Positions 13,315-24,767 of a stretch of 64,000 nt of DNA are shown here, in pieces. How positions within the stretch are numbered: the first letter of the stretch is position 1; every line of letters starts with the position of its first letter. Source of the stretch: Malacoraja senta (taxonomy: Eukaryota); contig CM075995.1 of NCBI GenBank assembly GCA_038087875.1, positions 10,294,001 through 10,358,000 on the forward strand, in the 5' to 3' direction. The notes under the pieces are model-generated. The model had not been told where the DNA came from, searched no databases, and saw only the letters and a program-made list of their open reading frames with translations. The position numbers and the translations under genes are program-made.

Positions 13315-13626
13315 GTAGGCTGAACTTCTCGCTGAGCCTGTGGTTGTACGCAGCCCCACAGCTTAGTTGAGCGAGTCTCCCGCTGATAAGGTCTGAGTAC
13401 AACTACCTTTCGGAAGACGTGTACCGGCTTTCCCAACGCTCTACTCTTCCCCATTCTTCATTTAATCGTCAGTCGTTGAACCCAACATTATTCAAACATA
13501 ATCCTGTACATGAATGAAATCAATGAGACACTCGCTGCACACACCCTCATCCATTAATTCCGGAGACTTTATGCTGATAAACACCAGCTGCGCACCAACC
13601 CCAGTGAGCGCTTTTGAAGAGTATCT

Positions 13627-13812
13627 GAAGATAGACACACAATTCTGGGGTAGCTCTGAGGGACAGGCAGCATCTCTGGAGAAAAGGAATGGGTCTCGAC
13701 CTGAAACGTCACTCATTCCTTCTCTCCAGAGACGTTGCTTATGCCGCTCGTTACGTCAGCATTTTGTGTCTATCTTCGGTTTAAACCAGCATCTGCAGTT
13801 CCTTCCAATACA
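13627..13812. repeat. Palindromic interspersed repeat (Penelope-like terminal-repeat or SINE-like family)
   Basis: Arms GAAGATAGACAC...CTCTGGAGAAAAGGAATG and CATTCCTTCTCTCCAGAG...GTGTCTATCTTC are reverse complements; flanked by TTTTGAAG(A/G)GTATCT at ~13612 and ~15310. Confidence 0.6.
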
Positions 13813-15298
13813 TTTTTTTTTAATTTAATTTTTTTAATTTGATTTATTAGAAGTACATTAAATGACAAAAAAATACATTAGTACTCATCACGTATATCGT
13901 ATTAGAATTAATGTACTCCTTAATGTTTTAAAGCTAATAAAAAGAAAAGGTTGATATTAAGAAAAAAGAGAAACTGAAGGAAAATAGTGAAAGTGTAAAA
14001 ACGTGTCAACGTGAAAGAACAGAGTCCCTGTAGAAGAGAAATTAGAGAGAAAAGATTAAGAGATAGACCCTAAAGAAGAAAAAAGAGAAAGAAGAGAAGA
14101 GAGAAAAACAAGTACTCTATTATGAGCATCACGCAAATTGGATATACCAACTCGCCACCTTTCATCCCCCTTTACCAAGTCCTGACATCGGTACATTTTT
14201 AACGTACTTTTGCACCTTATACTTGTAATAGTTCTATAAATGAAGACCACGTCAGATGGAAGTGATCTGATTTGCCTGCCAGGAGGAGTCTTATCTCTTC
14301 CAGGTGTAATGTTTCAAACATGTTTGAAATTCTCATGTTTATAGTTGGTATTGAAGCAGTTTTCCAAAATTTTAGGATAAGCTTTGGTGGACTGGATTAT
14401 AATGGAGTGAGAAGACTGCTCCTCTTGCAATATTGGAGCGATCCTCCTCTCACCAATGAAACTGAATAATATAAATTATAACATAAACCCAATTATACAT
14501 AGTACAATTAGAACTTGGAAACAAATAGAACAAAATTTAAAATTAAGAAATCTATCGCTTTTATCCCCAATAGTTAATAACCCTTCGTTTAAACCCTCCA
14601 TTATAGACAAATCATTTATACAATCGGAAAGATTAGGAATTAAAACTCTCGGAGACTTGTATGAAACTGGAAAATTACTATCATTCCAACAATTACAAAT
14701 AAAATATAATCTGGGAAACAATCAATACTTTAAATATTTTCAAATAAGTGATTATCAGAAAAAATATACAAAAGATCATTATAACATGCCACCAGATGTC
14801 CTGGACGAAGCAATGCAGATAAAAGCTGAATCAGCAAACTTAATATCTTATTTGTATAATATTATCTTAAATGTAGAAATACCAACTACGGAAGGTATTA
14901 GAAGAGACTGGGAACAAGAATTAGCTATTACAATTTCAAAGGAAAGGTGGAATGAACATTTATTAAAGGGGAATAAATGCTCGATTAATGTAAGACACAC
15001 TTTAATACAATTCAACATTTTACACAGATTACATTATTCAAAAACCAAAATTAATAAAATGTTCCCCAATGTATCACATATTTGCGATAAATGTCAGTCT
15101 CAAGAAGCTACTATAGCGCACTCATTTGTTTTATGTAGAAAAATTCAAAAATTTTGGATTGAAATTTTTGAAATCTTTACAAAATTATTTAAAATAAAAC
15201 TGACACCAAAAGCAGAATGGATTATCTTCGGAACAACGGAAGATAGCCCTAAACTAAATGTGTTTCAATAGAACCTATTTGATAACGGGTTAAAATAA
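13813..15298 (-). mobile_element. L1-clade LINE 3' fragment with inverted 5' portion
   Basis: T-rich tail at 13813; ORF2 C-terminus KLILKFWK...LLQV on - strand up to 14385; preceding ORF2 segment on + strand 14386-15298 (CDKC...H motif); TSD CTTCCAA(T/C)ACATTT. Confidence 0.8.
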
Positions 15299-15634
15299 CT
15301 TCCAACACATTTTGAAGGGTATCTCCCAGCTATCAGACTACTGAACGGTCCTCGCTTGAGTAGCAGTGCAACCCCGACTTTTTAACATACAACCTATCCT
15401 ATATTTTCAACTTTACCTGTTTCTTTTTTGTGCGGCTCATTGCACTGGTATACAGTATGATTTGATGAATGGAATAAACGTGGGTTTCCACTACATCTCG
15501 CTTCACGTGACCACACTAAAGCAAAACGAATATTAATGAAATACACTGCCGATCCAAACCTTGATAAAAAGGCTCACATCCGTCAACATTAAATCACTCC
15601 CTTGCGGCTCTGTAAGTTGTTTCCCACCCATCAG

Positions 15635-15657
15635 CAAACCTGGCTTCCGGAGCACCG
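15635..15657 (+). pseudogene. Remnant 5' stub of a deleted lectin exon A with its acceptor site
   Basis: catcag|CAAACCTGGCTTCCGGAGCACCG matches the start of exon A4 (cag|AAAATCTGGCGTCCGGAGCACCG) and then joins B-to-A intron sequence. Confidence 0.65.
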
Positions 15658-16050
15658 AATTGCACACCTACTGAATGGTATCCCCCCGCTATCAGTCTGT
15701 CAACTGGTCCACCCCTGAGTTTAAATGCAATCCCGATATTTTAATCGGTCTCAGTGCGGATCGTGGAATTATATTTTATAGCCACACAGTTATCACAATG
15801 TAATATAATATCATGCAATCTATTATTGTTTGGTACTTTACCTGTTGGTCCTGTATGCAGATTTAATGCACTGATATAAAGTGTAATTTGACTGCATAGT
15901 ACAAACACGTGGTTCCCCTTCACTTGACTATACTCAAGCAATACGAATATCAATTAAATACATTGCTGATGCAAACCTTGATAGAACACCGATACCCTTC
16001 GGCATTATATATTTCCTTTGCGGCTCAGTGAGGTGTTTCACACCCAACAG

Positions 16051-16330
16051 AAAATCTGGCGTCCGGAGCACCGCCGACCCAGTCCAGCACGCATCGAAGG
16101 GCAGTTGCTGAAGGAGCCAACGACGGTAACAGTGACAGCAACTTCAGGCATGGCTCATGCGCGCGCACCCGTAAATCTAACAACCCTTGGTGGAGAGTGG
16201 ATCTAAAGGAAAGCTACAACGTGTCAGATGTAAGAATCACCAACAGAGCAGACTGCTGCAGGGACCGGCTCAAAGGAGCCGAGATCCGCATCGGGGACTC
16301 GCTGGAGAACGATGGCAACTCCAACAGACT
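16051..16330 (+). CDS. F-type lectin exon A4 (its frame is absent from the ORF track)
   Basis: caacag|AAAATCTG...AGACT|gtaagt; NLASGAPPTQSSTHRRAVAEGANDGN...GSCARTRK...NRADCCRDRL. Confidence 0.9.
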
Positions 16331-16758
16331 GTAAGTATTCAGAAGCAAATGCCGACTGTATTCAGCTATGTTGTCTTATTCGGCAAATTCCGCTTTTACA
16401 TGAGCAATGATAATATGCGTGGGAAAAAGAGGGGCTGCAGGTTAAGACAGATCTAACTGCAGAAAAAGGTAAAACGAATAACCGCCGATCTGGATGCGCG
16501 AGAATATAATACAGAATACTTATCCAGTAGCCTCTGCTGCAGACGTATTTCCAAAGCGGTGGGATCAATTAAAGGAGATGAATATATCTGCAATTTAAGT
16601 TTATTTATGTTATGTAATATTGAGTAGTCGGATTGCAGTGGCAATGTTCATATCGCGGTTGACAATGCGTGAGGGATCATACAGTATCTACCCATGCAAG
16701 GCTACCTGTGCATCCGGATCATTTCCTGTCCCTAGCTATCGGTTTGGAAGATGAGCAA

Positions 16759-16773
16759 GTGTGTGTGTGGGGT

Positions 16774-16846
<73 letters not shown>

Positions 16847-16865
16847 GTGTGTGTGTGTGTGTGTG
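16759..16865. repeat. (GT)n microsatellite
   Basis: About 100 bp of nearly pure GT dinucleotide. Confidence 0.95.
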
Positions 16866-17043
16866 CGGGAGGGGGGAGGTGGAAAGGAAGGGGGGGGATA
16901 CATAAGGTAGCCGTGGGACACATCCCCCCCACACATCCGATAAACGTAACCCCACTTCTCCAACGCAGACCTCCGATAACCATTATCACGCTCCTCATGA
17001 AGGAAACATCGTAGTCTCACATTTAAATCCTTATCTCTTTCAG

Positions 17044-17204
17044 CTGTGAGACAGTAGATTCGGTTTCTGAGACGACATTGACCTTCAATTGTGATGGATT
17101 TATCGGTCGATATGTGAACATCATCATCCCAGGCCAGAATAAAACTTTGACCCTGTGCGAGGTTGAGGTCTTTGGTTCAAAACTCTCGGACTTACATGGA
17201 AAAG
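17044..17204 (+). CDS. F-type lectin exon B4
   Basis: tttcag|CTGTGAG...AAAG|gtaggt; CETVDSVSETTLTFNCDGFIGRYVNIIIPGQNKTLTLCEVEVFG. Confidence 0.9.
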
Positions 17205-18289
17205 GTAGGTTGAAGTTCCAGCTGAGGCTCTGGTTGTACGCAGCCGCACAACTTAGTTGAGCGAGTCTCCCGCTGAGGTTAACTACCTTTCTGAAGCCAA
17301 TGCCCGTCTTTCTCAACAAGCCGCACATTGCTATTCATAGTTTACTCGTTAGTCTTGGACCCGAGCAGTGTCCAAACTTGATCATGTCTACGAATAAAGT
17401 GCTTGGGACACAAGGTGCACACGCCCTCATCCATTCAGTCAGGGGACTTTATGCTGATTAATACCAGCCACCCACCAACGAATTGCACACGTGCTGAAAC
17501 ACTCTTGAAGGGTATCTCCCCGCTATCAGACTACTGACCGATCCTCCCTTGAGTTGAAGTGCAATCCCGATAAATTTAAGCGGTGTCAGTGCGGTTTTGG
17601 ATATTTTCTATAGCCATACTGCTTCATCTTCTTAGCGAGTCCACACACAAGATTTGAAGTTGTTCAGCCAGAGCTAAGCACACTTCTCGGCATCTGCATA
17701 TAATGGTGTCTGTCTTGTCGTTTCTTGTGCTTCTTGTGCGTGGTGGTGGAAAGATTGGTGGAAACAGGGCCGTGACGAGAACGCTCTTTCCTTGACCCCA
17801 GCCATATAGCAATAACACTGTAACATCATATCATGCAATCTGTTATAATGTTTACTTTGCCTGTTGCTCTAGTGTGCGGCTTCAATGCACCGACATACAG
17901 TAAGATTTGACTGTATCGTATAAACAAGTGTTTTTACAACATCTCGCTTCACGTGGGCACACAAAAGATATACGAATATTAAAGACATTCACTGCTGATC
18001 AAAACCTTGATAGAACGTCGAAATCCTTCGGCATTATATATCTCCCTTATATTCACACTATCCAGGCCTTTCACTGTAAATAAGTTTCAATAAGATGTCC
18101 AATGATCCAGAACTATTCCAGCGAACACAGAGCACGGAGCAGTCAAAGGATCTCCAAATGTTAATCCAATCATCCATGGGATCAGTCTAGTAGTCATCCG
18201 CTGGACTCTCTAAAATGTCAGCACATCCAAAACAGTTCACAATATTCCAAATGCGCTCTACCCAGTGCCTTATAAAGTTCCCCGACCTA

Positions 18290-18695
18290 TTGTTGAAATC
18301 GTGGAGAGGACAGGGGGGGGGGGGTACACGTCCTCCACATGCTTTGAGAGGTGGGGGACAATCGTCCCCCCCCCACCCCACCATGTTTTGTAATCCGGAC
18401 TTTATCAGACGCTTTCTAAGGGCTGAATCGGACCGTTTGCGGGGCCTTTCAGCGCCCGGTGCGGCTGAAAATCAAACTGCTGCATCGAGGCGATCGAGGC
18501 TCCCGATGTTCAAGCCCCCGCCGGCCGATGAAAGGCCCCGCAAATGGGCCGATTCAAGCCCCAGGATTCGGGGCGGACGAAGTTGCTGTTGCTGGAGTTC
18601 GGAGTTGGTCGCCAACCAGCTCAGCGTCCGATGATACCGTCCACAGGGCCCACAGCCGACGCCTCTCGTTTGTGCACATCCGTGCACATGTGTGA
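18290..18695. mobile_element. Partial inverted copy of the 11123-11853 MITE family
   Basis: Reverse-complement similarity, e.g. GGGGCGGACGAAGTTGCTGTTGCTGGAGTTCG versus CGAACTCCAGCAACAGCAGCTTCGTCCGCCCC. Confidence 0.65.
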
Positions 18696-19160
18696 ATTCT
18701 CCTGAACAACTCTCCTGAAGCTCCGGTACCCCGTAGCATTGAACTGCCAGTTCTGCCACTCTCTTAACAGGATTTCAATGATGGCTATAACATCCCAGTC
18801 GCTCGTAACTGTCCATGCACTGAGCTCGTCTGCCTTACCCGTCAGGCCTCTTGCATTAAAATACGTGCAGTTCAACGAATGCTCCTTCCTCGCTCTCCGC
18901 CTTTCACCTGCCTATTCCGTCCACTAACTTTTCCCTCATCATCGTCCAAACCAACCTCCCACGTGCATCAGTCCTGTATCCCAACCACTCTCAATCTAGT
19001 TTAAACCCTCCCGTGTAGCATCAGCAAACCTGCCCGTCAAGATGTTGGTACCCCTCCAGTTAAGGTGCAACCCGTCTCTTTTGTACAGGACACCCCGTCC
19101 CAGAAGAGATCCCAATAATCCAGAAACCTAAATCCCTGTCCCCTGCACCAACTCCCCTAT
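18696..19160 (-). mobile_element. Old CR1 fragment (ORF1 end and endonuclease start), repeated in all five units
   Basis: LNCTYFNARGLTGKADELSAW...WDVIAIIE resembles the start of a CR1 APE domain. Confidence 0.7.
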
Positions 19161-19223
19161 CTTCCTGTCCCTCGGCATTAAATATATCCCTTACGGCTCA
19201 GTGAGGTGTTTTCCACTCAATAG

Positions 19224-19503
19224 AAAACGTGGCACACGGAGCACCGCCGACCCAGTCCAGCACGGATCACGGGGCACCTGCTGAGCTAGCGAATGACGGG
19301 AACAACGACAGCGACTTCAGGCATGGTTCATGCTCGCGCACTAGGAAATCCAAGGATCCTTGGTGGAGAATCGATCTAAATGAAAGCTACAACGTGTCAA
19401 ATGTAAGAATCACCAACAGAGCAGACTGCTGCTCGGACCAGCTCAAAGGAGCGGAGATCCGCATCGGGAATTCGCTGGAAAACGATGGCAATTCCAACAG
19501 ACT
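19224..19503 (+). CDS. F-type lectin exon A5 (unit 1)
   Basis: caatag|AAAACGTG...AGACT|gtaagt; NVAHGAPPTQSSTDHGAPAELANDGN...NRADCCSDQL. Confidence 0.9.
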
Positions 19504-19892
19504 GTAAGTGTTCTTAAGCAATCGTCGACTCAAGTCACAAGCGTTGTCTTTTTTTGCAACATTCGGTGTTACTGAAGCAATGATAATATCAGTGGGAAAA
19601 AGAGAGTTGCTGCAGGATAACAATGATCTCACTGCAGATAAAATTAAAAATTATTCTCCGCTGATCCAGATGCGAGAGAAAATCATACAGAGCCGTAGTC
19701 AACTTATCCAATGACATCAGCTGCTGACGTACCTCTATAGCGGTGTGGTCAATGAAAGGACAAGTATAAATCTGTAATTTAAGTTGATTCAAGTTATGTA
19801 ATAATGAACAATCTGATTGCTGTGGCAATAGACAGGTAACCAATGCCGATGAGTGAGGATCATGCAGCATCTACTCAGTCAATGTGGCCTAT

Positions 19893-20100
19893 GTGTGGGA
19901 AGGAACTGCAGGTCGTGGTTTAACCCGAAGATATACACAAAAATATGGAATAACGTGTGCGGTCAGACCGCATCATTGGAGAAAAGCAATAGGTGACGTT
20001 CCAGGTCGAAACCCTTCCCCAGACTGAATACAGTCTGAAGAAGGGTCTCGATCCGAAACGTCACATATTCCTTTTCTCCAGAGATGCTCTCTGACGCGCA
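19893..20100. repeat. Palindromic Penelope-like repeat with a hammerhead-like motif; copies at ~25157, ~30421, ~35676, ~40957 and ~49237, fragments at ~51500, ~54975, ~60030 and ~63870
   Basis: Inverted arms centred on CAGACTG-aata-CAGTCTG; the right arm contains CTGAAGA-AGGGTCTCGATCC-GAAACGTC. Confidence 0.55.
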
Positions 20101-20289
20101 TGGTCACCTATATATCCTGTTGCTAGCCATATGTTCGTAACTGGAGCAAGTGGGCGGATGCCGGAAGTAGCCGTGGGATCCCCCCATATCCATGGAACGT
20201 GTCATCAGTTCACCAGCACAGACCTACGATCACCTTTGTTACGTTTAGTCATCCGCATGATCGAGGCAGTGGAGGCAGTAGAGTCTAAA

Positions 20290-21150
20290 GTTTAAATCCA
20301 ATGTTCTATAGACTTTGGATCAGTTCCTGTGGACTGGAGTGCAGCTAATGTAACCCCACTTTTAAGAAGGAGGGAGAGAGAAAACATGGAATTACAGACC
20401 AGTTAGCCTGAAATCGGTAGTGTAGAAGATGTTTCAGTCGATTATTGTAGATGTAATAGCAGCGCATTCGGAAAGCAGTGACAGGATCGGTGAAAGTCAG
20501 CATGGCTCTATAAAGGGGAAATCATGCTTGACTAATATGCTGGCATTTTTTGAGGATGTAACAAGAGTGGGCAAGGGAGAGACAGTGAATGTGGTATATC
20601 TGGATTTTAAAAAAAGCCTATGCCAAGGTCCCACACAAGAGATTAGCGTGCAAAATTCGAGCGCATGGTATTGCGAGTAGGGTATTGTTATGGCTAGAAA
20701 ACTGGTTGGCTGACAACACGCCAAGAGTAGGGATTTACGGGTCATTTTCTGAATGACAGGCGGTGATGCATGGGGTTCCGCAAGGTTCAGTGCTGAGACC
20801 CATGTTATTTACAATATATATTGACAACTTAGACGAAGGAATTAAATGGTACATCTCGAAGTGTGCGGATGACAAAAAGCTGGGTGGCAGTGTGCGCTGC
20901 CAGTAAGATGCTATGAGGATGCACGGTGACTTAGATAGGTTCAGTTAGTCGGCAGATGCATGACAGATGCAGTATAATATGGATAAATGTGAGGTTATCC
21001 ACGTTGGTGGCAAAATAACAAGAATGCAGATTATTATCGGAATGGTGTCAGAATCGGAAAAGGGTGGTGCAGAGAGACCTCTGTTTCCTTCTACATCAGT
21101 TTCTAAAAGTAAGCACATGGGTACAGCAGCCAGCGAAGAAAGCAAATGTC
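20290..21150 (+). mobile_element. Degraded CR1 RT fragment, repeated in all five units
   Basis: Frameshifted [25 protein letters not shown] and MQYNMDKCEV motifs. Confidence 0.8.
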
Positions 21151-21301
21151 AGTGTGGAAGATGCCGGAGTAGCCATGGGAGCCCCCCCTCCACATCCCAT
21201 GCACCTGTCATCAGTACACCACCACAGGCCTACGATAACAAACGCTTTCTCGTCTATTGTGATCGAGGTAGCGGAGGCTAACTTTCAAACATCTCTTTCA
21301 G

Positions 21302-21735
21302 CTGTGGAACCGTTGATTCAGTTGCTTTGACAACACTTACATTCAATTGTGATGGACTTGTTGGTCGATATGTGAACATCTTCATCCCGGGCCAGGATAA
21401 AATCTTGACTCTTTGCGAGGTTGAGATCTTTGCTTCAAAATATCCTTCTACCCATATCCCGTTAGAGCAGGACATGAAACCCACGTCTGGACCTGAAATG
21501 GAAAAGCAAACTCACGTCCATATCCCGTCCGTAAAGGGAACGAAACTCCCGCCAACCTCTGGAAACAATCTCCCGCACATAACTGGAACGAAAATGCCGT
21601 CCGTGAAGGAAACGGTGCCCCAGTCCCCAAAGGGAACGAAAAAACCGTCCATACCTGGAACGAATATCCCGCCAACAACCGGAACGAACGTTTCGTTCGT
21701 AACTGGAACAAATCTGCGATCTGGAACTGTAACAG
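21302..21735 (+). CDS. Extended exon B5: lectin C-terminal half plus Pro/Thr-rich linker
   Basis: tttcag|CTGTGGA...ACAG|gtaggc; 434 bp, i.e. 161 bp plus 273 bp in frame. Confidence 0.88.
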
Positions 21736-21871
21736 GTAGGCTCAGCGCCCCGATAAGTCTGTGGTCGTAGACACTGAGGCATTCTCAGCCACGAAATCGA
21801 TTACTGATACTATTTCTGGAAGGAGGGAATCATGTTAGCCCGAGATTCACTACCCTCTGGCTAAAACAAAT

Positions 21872-23875
21872 CCATATAACCATATAACCATATAACAATT
21901 ACAGCATGGAAACAGGCCATCTCGGCCCTTCAAGCCCATGCCGAACACCTTTTTCTCCCCTAGTCCCATCTACCTGCACAGACCATAACCCTCCATTCCT
22001 TTCTCGTCCATATACCCATCCAATCTATTTCTAAATGATAAAATCGAACCCGCCTCCACCACTTCCACTGGAAGCTCATTCCACACAGCTACCAATCTCT
22101 GAGTAAAGAAGTTGCCCCTAATGTTACCCCTAAACTTCTGTCCCTTAATTCTCAAGTCATGTCCTCTTGCTTGAATCTTCCCTACTCTCAATGGGAAAAG
22201 CTTATCCACGTCAACTCCGTCAATCCCTCTCATCATTTTAAAGACCTCTATCAAGTCCCCCCTTAACCTTCTGCGCTCCAAAGAATAAAGACCTAACTTG
22301 TTCAGCCTTTCTCTGTAATTTAGTTGCTGAAACCCAGGCAACATTCTCGTAAATCTCCTCTGTACTCTCTCTATATTGTTGACATCCTTCCTATAATTAG
22401 GCGACCAAAATTGTACTCCATACTCCAGAATTGGCCTCACCAATGCCTTGTACAATTTTAACATTACATCCCAACTTCTATACGCAATGCTCTGATTTAT
22501 AAAGGCCAGCACACCAAAAGCATTATTTACCACCCTATCTACATGAGATTCCACCTTCAGGGAACTATGCACAGTTATTCCTAGATCCCTCTGTTCAACT
22601 GCATACCTCAATTCGCTACCATTTACCATGTACGTCCTATTTTGATTTGTCCTGCCAAGATGTAGCACCTCTCATTTATTATCCACAACACCACCTATCT
22701 TATTATCATCTGCATACTTCCTAATCCAATTTTCCACACCATCATCCAGATCATTGATGTACATGACAAACAACAGCGGACCCAACACAGACCCCTGAGG
22801 CACCCGACTAGTCACCGACCTCCAACCTGACAAACACCCATCCACCATTACTCTCTGGCATCTCCCATTCAGCCACTGTTGAATCCATCTTGCTACCCAA
22901 CAATTGAATCTTCTTAACCAACCTTCCATGACGAACCTTGTCAAAGGCCTTACTGAAGTGCATATAGACAACATCCACTGCTTTACCCTCATCAATTTCC
23001 CTAGTAACCTCTTCGAAAAATTCAAGAAGATTAGTCAAACATGACCTTCCAGGCACAAATCCATGTTGACTGTTCTTAATCAGACCCTGTTTATCCAGAT
23101 GCTTATATATATTACCCCTAAGTATCCTTTCCATTAATTTGCCCACCACTGACGTCAAACTAACAGTTCTATAATTGCTAGGTTTACTCTTAGAACCTTT
23201 TTTAAACAACGGAACAACATGCGCAGTACGCCAATCCTCCGGCACTATTCCCGTTTCTAATGACATTTGAAATATTTCTGTCATAGCCCCTACTATTTCT
23301 ACACTAACTTCCCTCAATGTCCTAGGGAATATCCTGTCAGGACCTGGAGACTAATCCGCTTTCATATTTTTCAAAAGTGTCCACACTTCCTCTACTTTAA
23401 ATCTCATATTTTCCATTGCTACACTGCTCGTTTCCCTTACCTCACATAATTCAATAACCTTCTCCTTGGTGAATACCGAAGAAAAGAAATTGTTCAATAT
23501 CTGCCCCATCACTTTTGGCTCTGCAGATAGCTGTCCACCCTGACTCTCTAATGGACCAATTGTGTTCCTTGTTATCCTCTTGCTATTAATATAGCTGTAG
23601 AAACCCTTTGGGTTTAATTTCACCTTACTTGCCAAAGCAACCTCATATCTTCTTTTAGCTTTTCTAATTTCTTTCTTAAGATTCTTTTTACATTCTTTAT
23701 ACCCCTGCAGCACCTCATTTACTCCATGCCGCCTATAATTATTGTATATCTCTCTCTTTTTCCGAACCGTGTCCAATTTCCCTTGAAAACCATGGCTCTT
23801 TCCAATTTTTACTATTTCCTTTCAACCGAACAGGGACATAAAGATTCTGTACTCTTAAAATTTCACATTTAAACC
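21872..23875 (-). mobile_element. CR1 LINE (unit 1 copy), cut by the duplication junction
   Basis: RT ORF pieces 21970-23776; (CCATATAA)n tail on + strand. Confidence 0.9.
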
Positions 23876-24487
23876 TGAACCAGCTCAGCGTCCGATGATA
23901 CCGTCCACAGGGCCCACAGCCGAAGCCTCTCGTTTGTGCACATGCGTGCACATGTGTGAATTCTCCTAAACAACTCTCCTGAAGCTCCGGTACCCCGGGG
24001 CATTGAACTGCCAGTTCTGCCACTCTCTTAACAGGATTTCAATGATGGCTATAACATCTCAGTCGCTCGTAACTGTCCATGCATTGAGCTCGTCTCCCTT
24101 ACCCGTCAGGCCTCTTGCATTAACATACGTGCAGTTTAACAAATGCTCCTTCCTCACTCTCCGCCTTTCACCTGCCTATTCCGTCCACTAACTTTTCCCT
24201 CATCATCGTCCAAACCAACCTCCCACGTGCATCAGTCCTGTATCCCAACCACTGCCAATCTAGTTTAAACCCTCCCGTGTAGCATCAGCAAACCTGCCCG
24301 TCAAGATGTTGGTACCCCTCCAGTTAAGGTGCAACCCGTCTCTTTTGTACAGGACACCCCGTCCCAGAAGAGATCCCAATAATCCAGAAACCTAAATCCC
24401 TGTCCCCTGCACCAACTCCCCTATCTTCCTGTCCCTCGGCATTAAATATATCCCTTACGGCTCAGTGAGGTGTTTTCCACTCAATAG

Positions 24488-24767
24488 AAAACGTGGCACA
24501 CGGAGCACCGCCGACCCAGTCCAGCACGGATCACGGGGCACCTGCTGAGCTAGCGAATGACGGGAACAACGACAGCGACTTCAGGCATGGTTCATGCTCG
24601 CGCACTAGGAAATCCAAGGATCCTTGGTGGAGAATCGATCTAAATGAAAGCTACAACGTGTCAAATGTAAGAATCACCAACAGAGCAGACTGCTGCTCGG
24701 ACCAGCTCAAAGGAGCGGAGATCCGCATCGGGAATTCGCTGGAAAACGATGGCAATTCCAACAGACT
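24488..24767 (+). CDS. F-type lectin exon A6 (unit 2)
   Basis: Same protein as A5; AG/GT intact. Confidence 0.88.

Noticed and set aside
13315..13370. Conserved read-through tail after B exons (GRLxFxLxLWLYxAxQLS*) as a true C-terminus of separate genes
   Set aside because: It starts at a conserved G|gtagg donor, varies in length and frame between copies, and is explained by general intron paralogy. Intron-retention isoforms are not excluded.
16669..17020. Cys-Val and His-Thr repeat ORFs
   Set aside because: These are translations of the (GT)n microsatellite.
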